DNA of 64,000 bases from Bacteroidales bacterium (GTDB taxonomy: Bacteria > Bacteroidota > Bacteroidia > Bacteroidales > UBA932), in contig JAKSJZ010000003.1 of NCBI GenBank assembly GCA_024401995.1, forward strand, positions 13,512 through 77,511, in the 5' to 3' direction. The notes below the pieces were generated by a model. That model ran no database searches, was not told where the DNA came from, and saw only the letters and a list, made by a program, of their open reading frames with translations. Shown here piece after piece: positions 1 to 9,221 of the stretch. Positions within the stretch are counted from its first letter, which is position 1; each line of letters starts with the position of its first letter. Position numbers and translations under genes: made by a program.

Positions 1-1039
1 TCATTACGGAATACTCAGCGGACGCACCCTCGACGGGACCCTTGAGGGGACCAGGAGCCTCGACGGGCAGGGGGACAAGCGCGCTCCGTATGACTTCGCC
101 CTGTGGAAGAAGGCGGAACCCCAGCACATAATGAGGTGGAACTCCCCCTGGGGCGAAGGATTTCCCGGATGGCATCTGGAGTGCTCGGTGATGGGAGAGA
201 AATACCTGGGCCGCGAATTCGATATCCACGGCGGCGGAATGGACCTGATGTTCCCCCACCACGAATGTGAAATCGCGCAGAACGTGGCGTCACGCGGCAC
301 GCAAGGTGTCCGCTACTGGGTCCACAACAATATGATAACCATCAACGGCCAGAAGATGGGCAAGTCGCTGGGGAATTTCATAACCCTCGGGCAGCTCTTC
401 TCCGGCGACCATCCGAAACTCGATGCCGCCTACAGCCCGATGACCGTCAGGTTCTTCATACTACAGGCCCACTACCGCGGGACCCTCGACTTCTCCAACG
501 AGGCTCTCCAGGCGGCGGAGAAAGGCTTAAAGAGGGTCCTGCAGGCGGCCCGCGACCTCTACAGGATGGCCGGGACGTCCATACCCTCGACCCCGTACGG
601 CGAGTACGGCTTCGGGACTGCTCCCGACGAATGCAAGGCGGATTTGCAGGAAATCAAGTCAATCTTCAATGACATATACGACGCCCTGTGCGACGATATG
701 AACACGCCCGTCGCCCTTGCGAGAATCTCGGAGGCGGTAAGGCTTGTGAACAGCGCCAAGTCAGGGTCCTTGAAGCTCTCGAAGGCCGACATCGACGCTC
801 TGGTGCAGATATTCGGAGACATTGTTTTCGGAGTACTGGGGCTGAAGGATGAGGAAGGGGCCTCCGACGACGGGCAGGCCAAAATCATCGACGGACTTAT
901 GAATATGGTCCTGGAAAGCCGCAGCGCCGCGAAGGCCGCGAAGGACTGGGCCACCTCGGACCGCATCCGCGACTCTCTCGCCGCCCTGGGCATAACGGTC
1001 AGGGACGGCAAGGACGGAGCCGAATGGACTATCGGGTAG
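1..1039 (+). CDS. cysS: Cysteine--tRNA ligase (5' partial)
   Basis: Frame is open from position 2 (..DFALWKKAEPQHIMRWNSPWGEGFPGWHLECS, DIHGGGMDLMFPHHECEIAQ, KMGKS); start lies upstream of the window. Confidence 0.97.
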   Translation, partial: HYGILSGRTLDGTLEGTRSLDGQGDKRAPYDFALWKKAEPQHIMRWNSPWGEGFPGWHLECSVMGEKYLGREFDIHGGGMDLMFPHHECEIAQNVASRGTQGVRYWVHNNMITINGQKMGKSLGNFITLGQLFSGDHPKLDAAYSPMTVRFFILQAHYRGTLDFSNEALQAAEKGLKRVLQAARDLYRMAGTSIPSTPYGEYGFGTAPDECKADLQEIKSIFNDIYDALCDDMNTPVALARISEAVRLVNSAKSGSLKLSKADIDALVQIFGDIVFGVLGLKDEEGASDDGQAKIIDGLMNMVLESRSAAKAAKDWATSDRIRDSLAALGITVRDGKDGAEWTIG

Positions 1040-1048
1040 AAGTCGCCC

Positions 1049-1936
1049 CTACTTTTTTTTCTTGCCGGCGAACTCAAGCACCGCCACCAGCGCCGCACCG
1101 GCTATGCAGCACAGCACCGCCCCCGGTATCTGAAGGTCGAGCGGAGCCGAGGGGTCGACGCCCCTGCGCACCTGCGCGGCCAGTCCGGCGGCCTTGTCGG
1201 CCCAGGGCCATACCCTCACAAGAGAACCCATCACGAAGCCGAGGAGGACAAGCATAGTGGCTTTCTCCCACTTCGAAAGAAGCGCGTGAAGCAGTTTTGC
1301 GAACAGCAGGATGCCGACCACGCAGCCCGCTCCGAACACTCCGAGCACACCCCAGTCGAGCGAGGACACGGCCTCCATCACCATATCATACTTGCAAAGT
1401 ATAAGAAGCACGAAACTGCCGCTGATCCCTGGAAGAATCATAGTACAGATTGCAATCGCCCCGCAGACGAAAAGAAACCAGGCGCTGTCCGGGGTCGTGG
1501 TCGGAGTCATCGTGCATACAAAGACTCCGAGCGCCGCACCGGCAAGCGCGAATACAACCTCCTTCCAACTCCAACGGCCCACGCTCCGGAACATCGGCAC
1601 GGACGATGCCACGATAAGACCGAAGAAAAAAGCCCACACAAGAATGGGGTAGAACTCCAGCGAGAGGGTAACGGCCTTCGCCAGGGAGAACACGCTAAGC
1701 AGAACGCCCGCACAGAGGGCAATCAGAAAACTGCCGTTGATGCCCTCCCAGAACGAGGCGAACCGACCTGCAAAAAAGTCCTTCCAAACCTCCCGGGAGG
1801 TGAAAGCGTTGAGGGAGGAGACTATGTCGGAGTAAATCCCCGTCACCAGGGCCACCGTCCCGCCGGACACTCCGGGGACGACATTGGCCGCCCCCATCGC
1901 AAACCCCTTCAAGGCTGTGGATACAAAAGACATCAT
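1049..1936 (-). CDS. DUF368 family membrane protein (putative undecaprenyl-phosphate translocase)
   Basis: KGFAMGAANVVPGVSGGTVALVTGIY and a second ILPGISGS repeat; many TM helices; ATG at 1936 overlaps the upstream TGA (ATGA). Confidence 0.88.
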   Translation of the reverse strand: MMSFVSTALKGFAMGAANVVPGVSGGTVALVTGIYSDIVSSLNAFTSREVWKDFFAGRFASFWEGINGSFLIALCAGVLLSVFSLAKAVTLSLEFYPILVWAFFFGLIVASSVPMFRSVGRWSWKEVVFALAGAALGVFVCTMTPTTTPDSAWFLFVCGAIAICTMILPGISGSFVLLILCKYDMVMEAVSSLDWGVLGVFGAGCVVGILLFAKLLHALLSKWEKATMLVLLGFVMGSLVRVWPWADKAAGLAAQVRRGVDPSAPLDLQIPGAVLCCIAGAALVAVLEFAGKKKK

Positions 1937-2439
1937 TTGACGCTCTTCAGGATGTCGCACACAAGCCCGAAAGCGCGGAGCTGACCCCCCTCGTCGCCCA
2001 GGACCACTATGTTGAAAATCTCCTTCGGCATATGGAAACGCCCTATCTTGAAAAGGGCCTCGCTTGACAGGGATATCTGGGTCGCGGTGAAATTCTCCGG
2101 GTCAGACACGAGCGAGACCAGAAGTTCCTCTCCGACGTGAATCCTGGGATACTTGCGTCCCCTCTTGACCCGTCCGTAGAAATTGACATCGCTCGGTCCG
2201 ACGACAGTGGCGTTCTTGATGGGTTCTCCACGCCAGCCCAGGACAACGGTCTCGACCTGGCGCCCCGCAAAACCGTCGAAGGAATGGATTGCATCAACGG
2301 TCTTCCCTGCATCGGGCAGGCTGCCGTCGACAATAACCACGGCCTTCCTGATTTTCCCGAGGGGGACGAACCCCGTCACCTTTCCGGTTGCGGAATGGCG
2401 CAGGCAAATACTACGGGCGACACTGGTAAGAATTCCCAT
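1933..2439 (-). CDS. Hypothetical protein (Bacteroidales-type, possibly DUF6913-like)
   Basis: 168-aa ORF filling the gap between the kinase and DUF368 on the same strand, coupled to DUF368 by ATGA; start taken as ATG 2439. Confidence 0.65.
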   Translation of the reverse strand: MGILTSVARSICLRHSATGKVTGFVPLGKIRKAVVIVDGSLPDAGKTVDAIHSFDGFAGRQVETVVLGWRGEPIKNATVVGPSDVNFYGRVKRGRKYPRIHVGEELLVSLVSDPENFTATQISLSSEALFKIGRFHMPKEIFNIVVLGDEGGQLRAFGLVCDILKSVK

Positions 2440-2446
2440 GGCAGCA

Positions 2447-3448
2447 TCATTTTCCAATTGACGCGACAAGATCGCGGATCTCCTGCTTCGCATCCCTCCA
2501 CCTCGGAATATCTATCTTCGTGCCCAGCACCTCTACCACCTTCGCAGCCACAATCGACCCTATCTCCCCGCAGGTCTTGAGGGGCATACCCAGAGAATGG
2601 CCGTAAAGGAATCCGGCGGCATAGGTATCACCCGCACCGGTCGCATCTATCGTATCGGCCGGCCATACGGGAATGAAATACTTCTCGTCCCCGGACTTGA
2701 GCCAGGAACCGTCCTTGCCGACCTTCACGACCGCAATCCTGCAATGACAGGCAATCTCGTCGAGGGCGGATTCGGGGTCGGAGAGCTTGGTGAAAGCCTT
2801 CGCCTCCGTCTCGTTTGCGAAAACTATATCCACGTACTTGTCCACTATCGAATGGAGGAAAGCCTCGTTGCTCTCCACGACATTGTATGAGGCCATATCG
2901 AGGGAAATAAGACAGCCCGCCTCGTGGGCAAGCTCCACGGCCCTGCGTATAAGCTCTTGGTTCTGGACAAGATAACCCTCTATATGGAAATAGTCGTAAC
3001 CCTTGAAGTACTCCGGATCCAAATCTTCCGGCACAAGGTCGAGGGCGGCCCCCAGATATACGGCGAAAGTCCTCTCGGCATTGCCTCCGCTCACGAACAC
3101 CATCGAACGCCCGCTGGACTTGTCGCTTTTAAGAAGCCTGGTCCTGACCCCGTACTGCTCCTGATCGCTCTTGAAGAGCAAGCCGAGTTCGTCATCTCCT
3201 ATCTTGCCGATGAAACCCGACGGCATACCGAGGATAGCGGTGCAGGTAATCGTGTTGGCGGCGCTGCCACCGGCCACGTAGTGGACTCCGAGGGGCTTGA
3301 GGCTTTTCCAAATCTCGTCGCCGGTCTCCATATCCACGTGCTGCATACTGCCCTTGGGGAGATGGTACTTCTTCAGAAGGGTGTCATCAGGCAGAACGGC
3401 CAGGATATCCGTCAGTGCGTTGCCAATGCCAAGTATCGATTTGCTCAT
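2447..3448 (-). CDS. PfkB family carbohydrate/adenosine kinase
   Basis: GIGNALTD N-terminus, GGSAANT, FANETEA and DATGAGD PfkB signatures. Confidence 0.92.
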   Translation of the reverse strand: MSKSILGIGNALTDILAVLPDDTLLKKYHLPKGSMQHVDMETGDEIWKSLKPLGVHYVAGGSAANTITCTAILGMPSGFIGKIGDDELGLLFKSDQEQYGVRTRLLKSDKSSGRSMVFVSGGNAERTFAVYLGAALDLVPEDLDPEYFKGYDYFHIEGYLVQNQELIRRAVELAHEAGCLISLDMASYNVVESNEAFLHSIVDKYVDIVFANETEAKAFTKLSDPESALDEIACHCRIAVVKVGKDGSWLKSGDEKYFIPVWPADTIDATGAGDTYAAGFLYGHSLGMPLKTCGEIGSIVAAKVVEVLGTKIDIPRWRDAKQEIRDLVASIGK

Positions 3449-3486
3449 AACCTACAAAATTAGTAATTTTGTATGGTATGAACAAC
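3440..3486. promoter_or_regulatory. Bidirectional Bacteroidota sigma-70 promoter pair (back-to-back TAATTTTG -7 boxes)
   Basis: Perfect inverted repeat TACAAAATTA-G-TAATTTTGTA (3453-3473); TTTG at 3440-3443 (+) and TTG at 3485-3483 (-), each 20 nt from its -7 box. Confidence 0.8.
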
Positions 3487-4476
3487 AGGTTCAAGAAAGT
3501 CCTGAAATACACCCTGTCGGCGGTGGTTGCGGCTCTCCTGCTGTACCTCGCGTTCCGGGGGATGGACTGGGCCGACTTCCTGGAGGGTCTGAAGACCACC
3601 GGATGGGGATTCATCCTGCTGTCGATGGCCGCCGGCATCGGGGCTCTCGTGCTCAGGGCGCTCAGATGGAAGTCTCTCCTGAAGCCGTTGAATCCCGAAG
3701 TCTCGGCAATCAACCTGTGGCACTCCACCAACTACGGCAACATCCTCAATCTCGCGATTCCGGGATTGGGAGAGATTCTGCGCTGCAGCAAGGCCTCCAG
3801 CGACAACTGCCGTTTCGACAGGACGTTCGGCACCATCCTGGTGGAGCGTGCCGGCGACATCCTGGCAATGGTACTGCTCATCCTTATGGCAGTTGCCTGC
3901 AACCGAGGGACCCTGGGGCCGTTCATGCAGGAATACGTCGTCGGCCCCATCAGGACGCGGTTTGACATACCCCTGTGGTGGGTGTTCCCGCTGCTTGTCC
4001 TGCTGCTGGCGCTGTCCGTTGCGCTCGCCTTCCGGTTCGAGGACAGGAACAGGGCCTGTGCCGCGACGGCCGGGGCTCTCCGGGGAGTATGGAACGGTAT
4101 CAGTTCCATACACAGGATGCCCCATAAGATAATGTTCGTCGTATATACGGCCGGCATCTGGTTCATGTACATACTGATGTTCCATTTCTGCGTGATTGCG
4201 GTGCCGGGACTGGAAAGCCTTGAATTCAAGGACTCGCTCTTCTTCTCGGCGGTGGGCAATATGACCGCTATAATCCCCACTCCGGGGACACTCGGGCCGT
4301 ACCACTATCTGGTGGGGTTCTCGATGAGTTCGATATGCTTCGGCTCGGCGGAGATTCTTCCTATGCCGTTGCTGTGCGCCACACTTGCGCACGGCTCCCA
4401 CGCGGTGCTGATTCTTCTGCTGGCGCTGTCGTCGCTCCTGTGCGACCTCATAAGGAAAAACAAGGGAAATGTTTAG
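3478..4476 (+). CDS. Lysylphosphatidylglycerol synthase TM / flippase-like membrane protein (UPF0104)
   Basis: LRALRWKSLL, NLAIPGLGEILRC, GTILVERAGD, IPTPGTLGPYH motifs; start ATG 3478 (the TTG at 3469 belongs to the promoter box). Confidence 0.85.
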   Translation: MNNRFKKVLKYTLSAVVAALLLYLAFRGMDWADFLEGLKTTGWGFILLSMAAGIGALVLRALRWKSLLKPLNPEVSAINLWHSTNYGNILNLAIPGLGEILRCSKASSDNCRFDRTFGTILVERAGDILAMVLLILMAVACNRGTLGPFMQEYVVGPIRTRFDIPLWWVFPLLVLLLALSVALAFRFEDRNRACAATAGALRGVWNGISSIHRMPHKIMFVVYTAGIWFMYILMFHFCVIAVPGLESLEFKDSLFFSAVGNMTAIIPTPGTLGPYHYLVGFSMSSICFGSAEILPMPLLCATLAHGSHAVLILLLALSSLLCDLIRKNKGNV

Positions 4477-5326
4477 AATACTGTCAAAGAATATGCTGTC
4501 AGCCGCCGTCTGTGAGATGGAGGTGGAGGCCGGACGCGTGGCCCGTGCCGCACTCCCCGGCCAGTTCCTGATTGTCAGGGCCGGCCCCGAAGGGGAACGC
4601 GTCCCCCTCACGATCAGCGACTGTGACGCGGACCGCGGAACCGTCACCATAGTGACACAAAAGGTAGGGGCCAGCACCACCGATATCGTGGCGATGGAGG
4701 CGGGCGACTGCTTCGAAGACGTAGTGGGGCCTCTTGGCCTCCCCTCAGAATTCGTGAAGTCCACCCCGGAGGAACTGCGCGACGAAAGATACGTATTCAT
4801 TGCCGGCGGCGTCGGGGCCGCCCCCGTCTATCCACAGGTCAAATGGCTGGCGGACAGGGGAGTGAGCGTTGATGTCATAGTCGCTGCCAGGACAGCGGAC
4901 CTGCTGATTTACACGGAGAAGCTGGCTATGCCCGGGGTTTCGGTCCACGTTTGTACCGATGACGGTTCGCGCGGATTCAAGGGCGTAGGCACGGCGATGC
5001 TCGAAAAACTTGTCGCCGACGGAGCGCGCTTCACACGGGCCGTGGCAATAGGCCCGATGATAATGATGAAGTTCACCGCGCTCTGCTGCAGGAAGCTGGA
5101 TCTGCCTGTCACGGTAAGTCTCAACACGCTGATGGTGGACGGGACCGGGATGTGCGGCGCGTGCAGGGTGACCGTAGGAGGTAAAACGCGTTTCGCCTGC
5201 GTCGAAGGGCCCGAATTCGACGGCTGGGAAGTGGATTTCGACGAGGCCATGAACAGGCAGGGACAATATCGCGAAGAAGAACGTGCGGCAATGGAAAATC
5301 ACGTTTGCAAAATAGGGAGGGGCTGA
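4469..5326 (+). CDS. nfnA: NADH-dependent reduced ferredoxin:NADP+ oxidoreductase small subunit (PyrK/SudB-like FAD/2Fe-2S)
   Basis: PGQFLIVR..ERVPLTI, GPLG, GGVGAAP, MVDGTGMCGACRV..ACVEGPEFD; directly upstream of a GltD-like subunit. Confidence 0.88.
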   Translation: MFRILSKNMLSAAVCEMEVEAGRVARAALPGQFLIVRAGPEGERVPLTISDCDADRGTVTIVTQKVGASTTDIVAMEAGDCFEDVVGPLGLPSEFVKSTPEELRDERYVFIAGGVGAAPVYPQVKWLADRGVSVDVIVAARTADLLIYTEKLAMPGVSVHVCTDDGSRGFKGVGTAMLEKLVADGARFTRAVAIGPMIMMKFTALCCRKLDLPVTVSLNTLMVDGTGMCGACRVTVGGKTRFACVEGPEFDGWEVDFDEAMNRQGQYREEERAAMENHVCKIGRG

Positions 5327-5327
5327 T

Positions 5328-6701
5328 ATGGCAACCGTCAAAAGAGTGAAGGCGCGTGAACAGGACCCGTTGGTCCGCGCCACCAATTTCGATGAGGTTT
5401 GTCTCGGATACAACCTCGAAGAAGCCGTGGAGGAAGCCTCCAGATGTCTCCACTGCAAGAATCCCCGCTGCGTCGGGGCCTGCCCGGTAGGCGTGTCCAT
5501 CCCCGAATTCGTCGCAAGACTGAAGGAAGGCGACGTGGAGGGCGCGGCGGCCGTCATCGGACGCGATTCGTCGCTGCCCGCAGTATGCGGGAGAGTCTGC
5601 CCGCAGGAGACACAATGCGAAGGCTCCTGCATCCTGGGAATCAAGGGCGAGAGCCTGGCCATAGGCAAACTCGAACGGTTCGTGGCCGACAACGCGAAGA
5701 GCGTGCCGGTGCGTGCCGCAAGCCGCAACGGCATACGCGTGGCGGTGGTCGGCAGCGGACCGGCCGGCCTGGCCTGCGCATCAGACCTGGCGAAGAAAGG
5801 TTATGACGTGACTGTCTTCGAGGCCCTTCACAAGGCCGGCGGAGTGCTTGAATACGGCATCCCGGAATTCAGGCTCCCGAAGGACACCGTATTGAAACGC
5901 GAACTGGACAGCGTCAGGGCCCTCGGAGTGACAATCGAGACGGACGTCGTCATCGGCAAGACGGTGACGGTTGATTCGCTTATGGACGAGGAAGGCTTCA
6001 AGGCCGTGTTCATCGCCACCGGCGCAGGACTTCCCCGCTTTATGAACATACCGGGCGAGAATCTCTGCGGAGTGTTCTCCGCCAACGAGTTCCTCACCCG
6101 CAACAACCTTATGAAAGCATACCGCGACGATTATATGACTCCCATCCATACAGGCCGCAAGGTCTGCGTGGTGGGTGGCGGCAACGTCGCGATGGACGCG
6201 GCCCGCACGGCCCTCAGGCTGGGGGCGGAAGTCCATATCGTTTACCGCCGCACCGAGGAGGAACTGCCCGCCCGCAGGGAGGAAGTCCTCCACGCCCGCG
6301 AAGAGGGCATCGTCTTCGATATGCTCACCAATCCGGTGGAGGTGATTGACAACGGCTCCGGATGGGTCAAGGCAATCAGGTGCATAAGAATGGAACTCGG
6401 AGAGCCCGACAGCAGCGGACGCCGTTCCCCCGTACCGGTTGCAGGGACCGAGTTCGATATCCTGACCGACACGGTCATAATGGCGCTCGGCACTTCCCCC
6501 AACCCGCTTGTCGCCAGAACGACTCCGGGCCTGGAGACGGGCGCCCGCGGAGGAATCGCCGCCGACGCGCAGGGGGCGACCTCGCGCGAAGGGGTCTTCG
6601 CGGGAGGGGACGCCGTGACCGGAGCGGCGACGGTGATTCTGGCCATGGGCGCCGGACGCAAGGCCGCGGCTGCGATTGACCTGTATCTGCAAGGCAAATG
6701 A
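5328..6701 (+). CDS. nfnB: NfnB / GltD-like oxidoreductase large subunit (often annotated homotetrameric glutamate synthase)
   Basis: RCLHCKNPRCVGACP, CGRVCPQETQCE, GSGPAGL, GGGNVAMD, YRR, GDAVTGAATVILAM; no GltB large subunit nearby. Confidence 0.88.
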   Translation: MATVKRVKAREQDPLVRATNFDEVCLGYNLEEAVEEASRCLHCKNPRCVGACPVGVSIPEFVARLKEGDVEGAAAVIGRDSSLPAVCGRVCPQETQCEGSCILGIKGESLAIGKLERFVADNAKSVPVRAASRNGIRVAVVGSGPAGLACASDLAKKGYDVTVFEALHKAGGVLEYGIPEFRLPKDTVLKRELDSVRALGVTIETDVVIGKTVTVDSLMDEEGFKAVFIATGAGLPRFMNIPGENLCGVFSANEFLTRNNLMKAYRDDYMTPIHTGRKVCVVGGGNVAMDAARTALRLGAEVHIVYRRTEEELPARREEVLHAREEGIVFDMLTNPVEVIDNGSGWVKAIRCIRMELGEPDSSGRRSPVPVAGTEFDILTDTVIMALGTSPNPLVARTTPGLETGARGGIAADAQGATSREGVFAGGDAVTGAATVILAMGAGRKAAAAIDLYLQGK

Positions 6702-7501
6702 ACTCAATAATACTCGGGGAAGAATTCAGGGACGTGATGCGCGTGGTGTGCAACACCATGGATACGGAATACCGTCTGAAGTGCGAAGCCATCCTGGCAT
6801 TCTATCAGGATGCCATAGCCTCATACCTGTCCGGCCGCCATCTTGCGGCATTCGACCTCAAGAAGAAAGGCAAGGTATGGATAATCACAGAATGTTCATA
6901 CAGGCTCAAGGGAGCGCTCCCCGTATGGAGGGATGAGGTCGGGGTAACGGTCTCCCCCACGGAGGCCAGCGCCCTGAAGATGTATTTCGACTTCGCCCTG
7001 ACCGACACGGAAGGCAACGTCTTTGCCGAAGGCAGCAGCTGCTGGGGTGTCATTGACCTGGAAACCGGCCGCCCGACGGAATTGGAAAGCCTTATGACAA
7101 TCGAGGGAACGAACACCGCAAGCCACGGCAGGGAGCCCCTGGCTGCGGTGAAGGAGGCGGCGGGCACGCTTGTCCACAAAGTCTGTCCCAACGATCTGGA
7201 TTTCAACTATCACGTCAACAACATAGGATATGTGGCCGACGCCCTGGCGGCACGCCCCCTCAATACGCTCCGCGGCACGGTCATAGAAGGCATACGCGTC
7301 AAATATCTCCGCCAGGTATTCCCCGGCGAATCGCTGCGCTTTCTCTACGACACGGCGCTGCCGGACGCAGGCAGGATGCTGTGCACGGTGGAAGACGGGG
7401 ACTCCCCCGCAAGGGAAGTCTGCCGGATGGAAATCGACTTCCGGAAAGACACGCCGGCAGATATGGCTATACGATGCCGGAGAAGCCCAGAAAAGCCATA
7501 G
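6698..7501 (+). CDS. Acyl-ACP thioesterase (FatA/B-like, double hotdog fold)
   Basis: DLDFNYHVNNIGY catalytic motif; coupled to nfnB by ATGA. Confidence 0.8.
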   Translation: MNSIILGEEFRDVMRVVCNTMDTEYRLKCEAILAFYQDAIASYLSGRHLAAFDLKKKGKVWIITECSYRLKGALPVWRDEVGVTVSPTEASALKMYFDFALTDTEGNVFAEGSSCWGVIDLETGRPTELESLMTIEGTNTASHGREPLAAVKEAAGTLVHKVCPNDLDFNYHVNNIGYVADALAARPLNTLRGTVIEGIRVKYLRQVFPGESLRFLYDTALPDAGRMLCTVEDGDSPAREVCRMEIDFRKDTPADMAIRCRRSPEKP

Positions 7502-8069
7502 CCATAATGCTGACGGTAATCAGCGCTATGGGCAGGCCCCTGAACGCCTTGGGCACGTTGTTGAGCTCAAGATGCTCACGGATGCCGGCGAACAGTATCA
7601 TGGCAAGGCCGTAGCCGACCGAGGTGGCGAAAGCATATACCGTCGATTCGGCAAGCCCCATAAGATGGGCGGGAGCATCGCCGAAAGAGAACTCCTTGGA
7701 CACCACGGTTATCGCGACACCCAGCACGGCGCAGTTGGTAGTGATGAGGGGAAGGAAGATTCCGAGCGCCTTGTAAAGCGACGGACTCACCTTCTTCAGC
7801 ACTATCTCCACCATCTGCACAAGGGCGGCTATGACCAGGATGAATGCAATGGTCTGGAGGAACTCCAGCCCGAACGGCATCAGCACATACCGGTTGAGCA
7901 GATATGTAACCACCGTGGCAAGCGTGATGACAAAGCACACGGCCCCGGACATTCCGGTCGCAGTGGACAGCCGGGAGGACACACCCAGGAACGGGCATAT
8001 CCCGAGGAACTGCGCCAACAGGATATTGTTGACGAAAATTGCCGAAACTATTATGAGAAAGTACTCCAT
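7467..8069 (-). CDS. rnfA: Rnf electron transport complex subunit A
   Basis: FVNNILLAQFLGICPFLGVS, LPLITTNCAVLG. Confidence 0.95.
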   Translation of the reverse strand: MEYFLIIVSAIFVNNILLAQFLGICPFLGVSSRLSTATGMSGAVCFVITLATVVTYLLNRYVLMPFGLEFLQTIAFILVIAALVQMVEIVLKKVSPSLYKALGIFLPLITTNCAVLGVAITVVSKEFSFGDAPAHLMGLAESTVYAFATSVGYGLAMILFAGIREHLELNNVPKAFRGLPIALITVSIMAMAFLGFSGIV

Positions 8070-8075
8070 AATCTG

Positions 8076-8657
8076 CTATTTCTTGATGAATTTCCTGAAA
8101 ATGGCCATCAGATAGCCAAGTACCAGAAAGGCGCCCGGAGCCATCACGAAGGCAAGAATGCCGTCACCGGGGAAAAGCTTGAAGCCGAAGGCGGCCCCGC
8201 TGCCCAGAATCTCCCTGACCAGGCCGATAACCGTCAGCGACAGTGTGAACCCGGCGCCTATGCCTATGCCGTCAAGGGCCGAATCGAGCACTCCGTTCCT
8301 GGATGCGAATGCCTCGGCACGGCCAAGAACGATGCAGTTAACGACAATCAGCGGTATGAAAAGTCCCAAAGTCCTGTAAACGTCGGGCACATAGGCCTGC
8401 ATAAGAAGTTGCAGGACCGTAACGAACGTCGCGATGATGACAATGTACACGGGGATGTGGACCTTGTCCGGCACAACCGGCGAGACAAGGGAGATGACCA
8501 TATTCGAAAGAATGAGGACGAACATCGTGGCCAGTCCCATTTCGAGCCCGTTCATCGCGGAGGTGGTCGTGGCAAGCGTCGGGCACATTCCGAGCACGAG
8601 CACGAACGTGGGGTTTTCCCTGACAAGCCCCCTTGCAATCAATGACAACTTACTCAT
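8076..8657 (-). CDS. rnfE: Rnf electron transport complex subunit E
   Basis: ENPTFVLVLGMCPTLATT, PLIVVNCIVLGRAEAFA. Confidence 0.95.
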   Translation of the reverse strand: MSKLSLIARGLVRENPTFVLVLGMCPTLATTTSAMNGLEMGLATMFVLILSNMVISLVSPVVPDKVHIPVYIVIIATFVTVLQLLMQAYVPDVYRTLGLFIPLIVVNCIVLGRAEAFASRNGVLDSALDGIGIGAGFTLSLTVIGLVREILGSGAAFGFKLFPGDGILAFVMAPGAFLVLGYLMAIFRKFIKK

Positions 8658-9219
8658 TTCCCTGTCCTCCCAGTGATTTTACCGCCTTCACAGCTGCCTC
8701 CACACCCTTGACATAAGCCTTCGAAGTGATGGTGGAAGCGGTGATGGCATCGATGTCCCCGCCGTCCTTCCTGACGGCAAAACGTCCCTCGAAGCCCTTG
8801 AACTGATTGATGAATCCCTCGTCGGTGGCGCACTTCGCGCCCAGGCCGGGGGTCTCCGAATGGGAAAGCACCTTCGTTCCGCACACCCTTCCGTCGGGGT
8901 ACACCCCGACCAGAAGTTCAATCGGGCCGCCGAAGCCGCCGGACACCGTCTTCACCGCATAGGCAGCGACGTTGCCGCCGGCATCACGCGCCGTATAACA
9001 TTCATAGGAAGTTCCGTCCAGGACAATGGGCTCCGCAGTCGTGCAAGGGGTGCAATCCTGAGGAAGCACCTCGCCCAGGGCGTCGGACAGGGCGCGGGCG
9101 GAAGCCTGCGCTATTGGTTCCTCCGTCACCACATAAGTGGCGCCGAGAATTGCCGAACATACGAGGCATACCCCGAAGAGGCAAAGAACCATATTGCGAA
9201 GATTGGATACAGCCGCCAT
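8650..9219 (-). CDS. rnfG: Rnf electron transport complex subunit G
   Basis: N-terminal TM, GFGGPI, HSETPGLG, DAITASTITS FMN-attachment motif. Confidence 0.93.
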   Translation of the reverse strand: MAAVSNLRNMVLCLFGVCLVCSAILGATYVVTEEPIAQASARALSDALGEVLPQDCTPCTTAEPIVLDGTSYECYTARDAGGNVAAYAVKTVSGGFGGPIELLVGVYPDGRVCGTKVLSHSETPGLGAKCATDEGFINQFKGFEGRFAVRKDGGDIDAITASTITSKAYVKGVEAAVKAVKSLGGQGNE

Positions 9220-9221
9220 CT

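Noticed and set aside
1036-1060. T9 tract after the cysS stop as an intrinsic terminator
   Set aside because: The preceding stem is only about 4 bp (GTAG/CTAC), and the tract is explained by the Lys-Lys-Lys codons ending DUF368 on the other strand
5328-6701. Glutamate synthase call
   Set aside because: No glutamine amidotransferase large subunit nearby; pairing with a PyrK-like subunit fits NfnAB better
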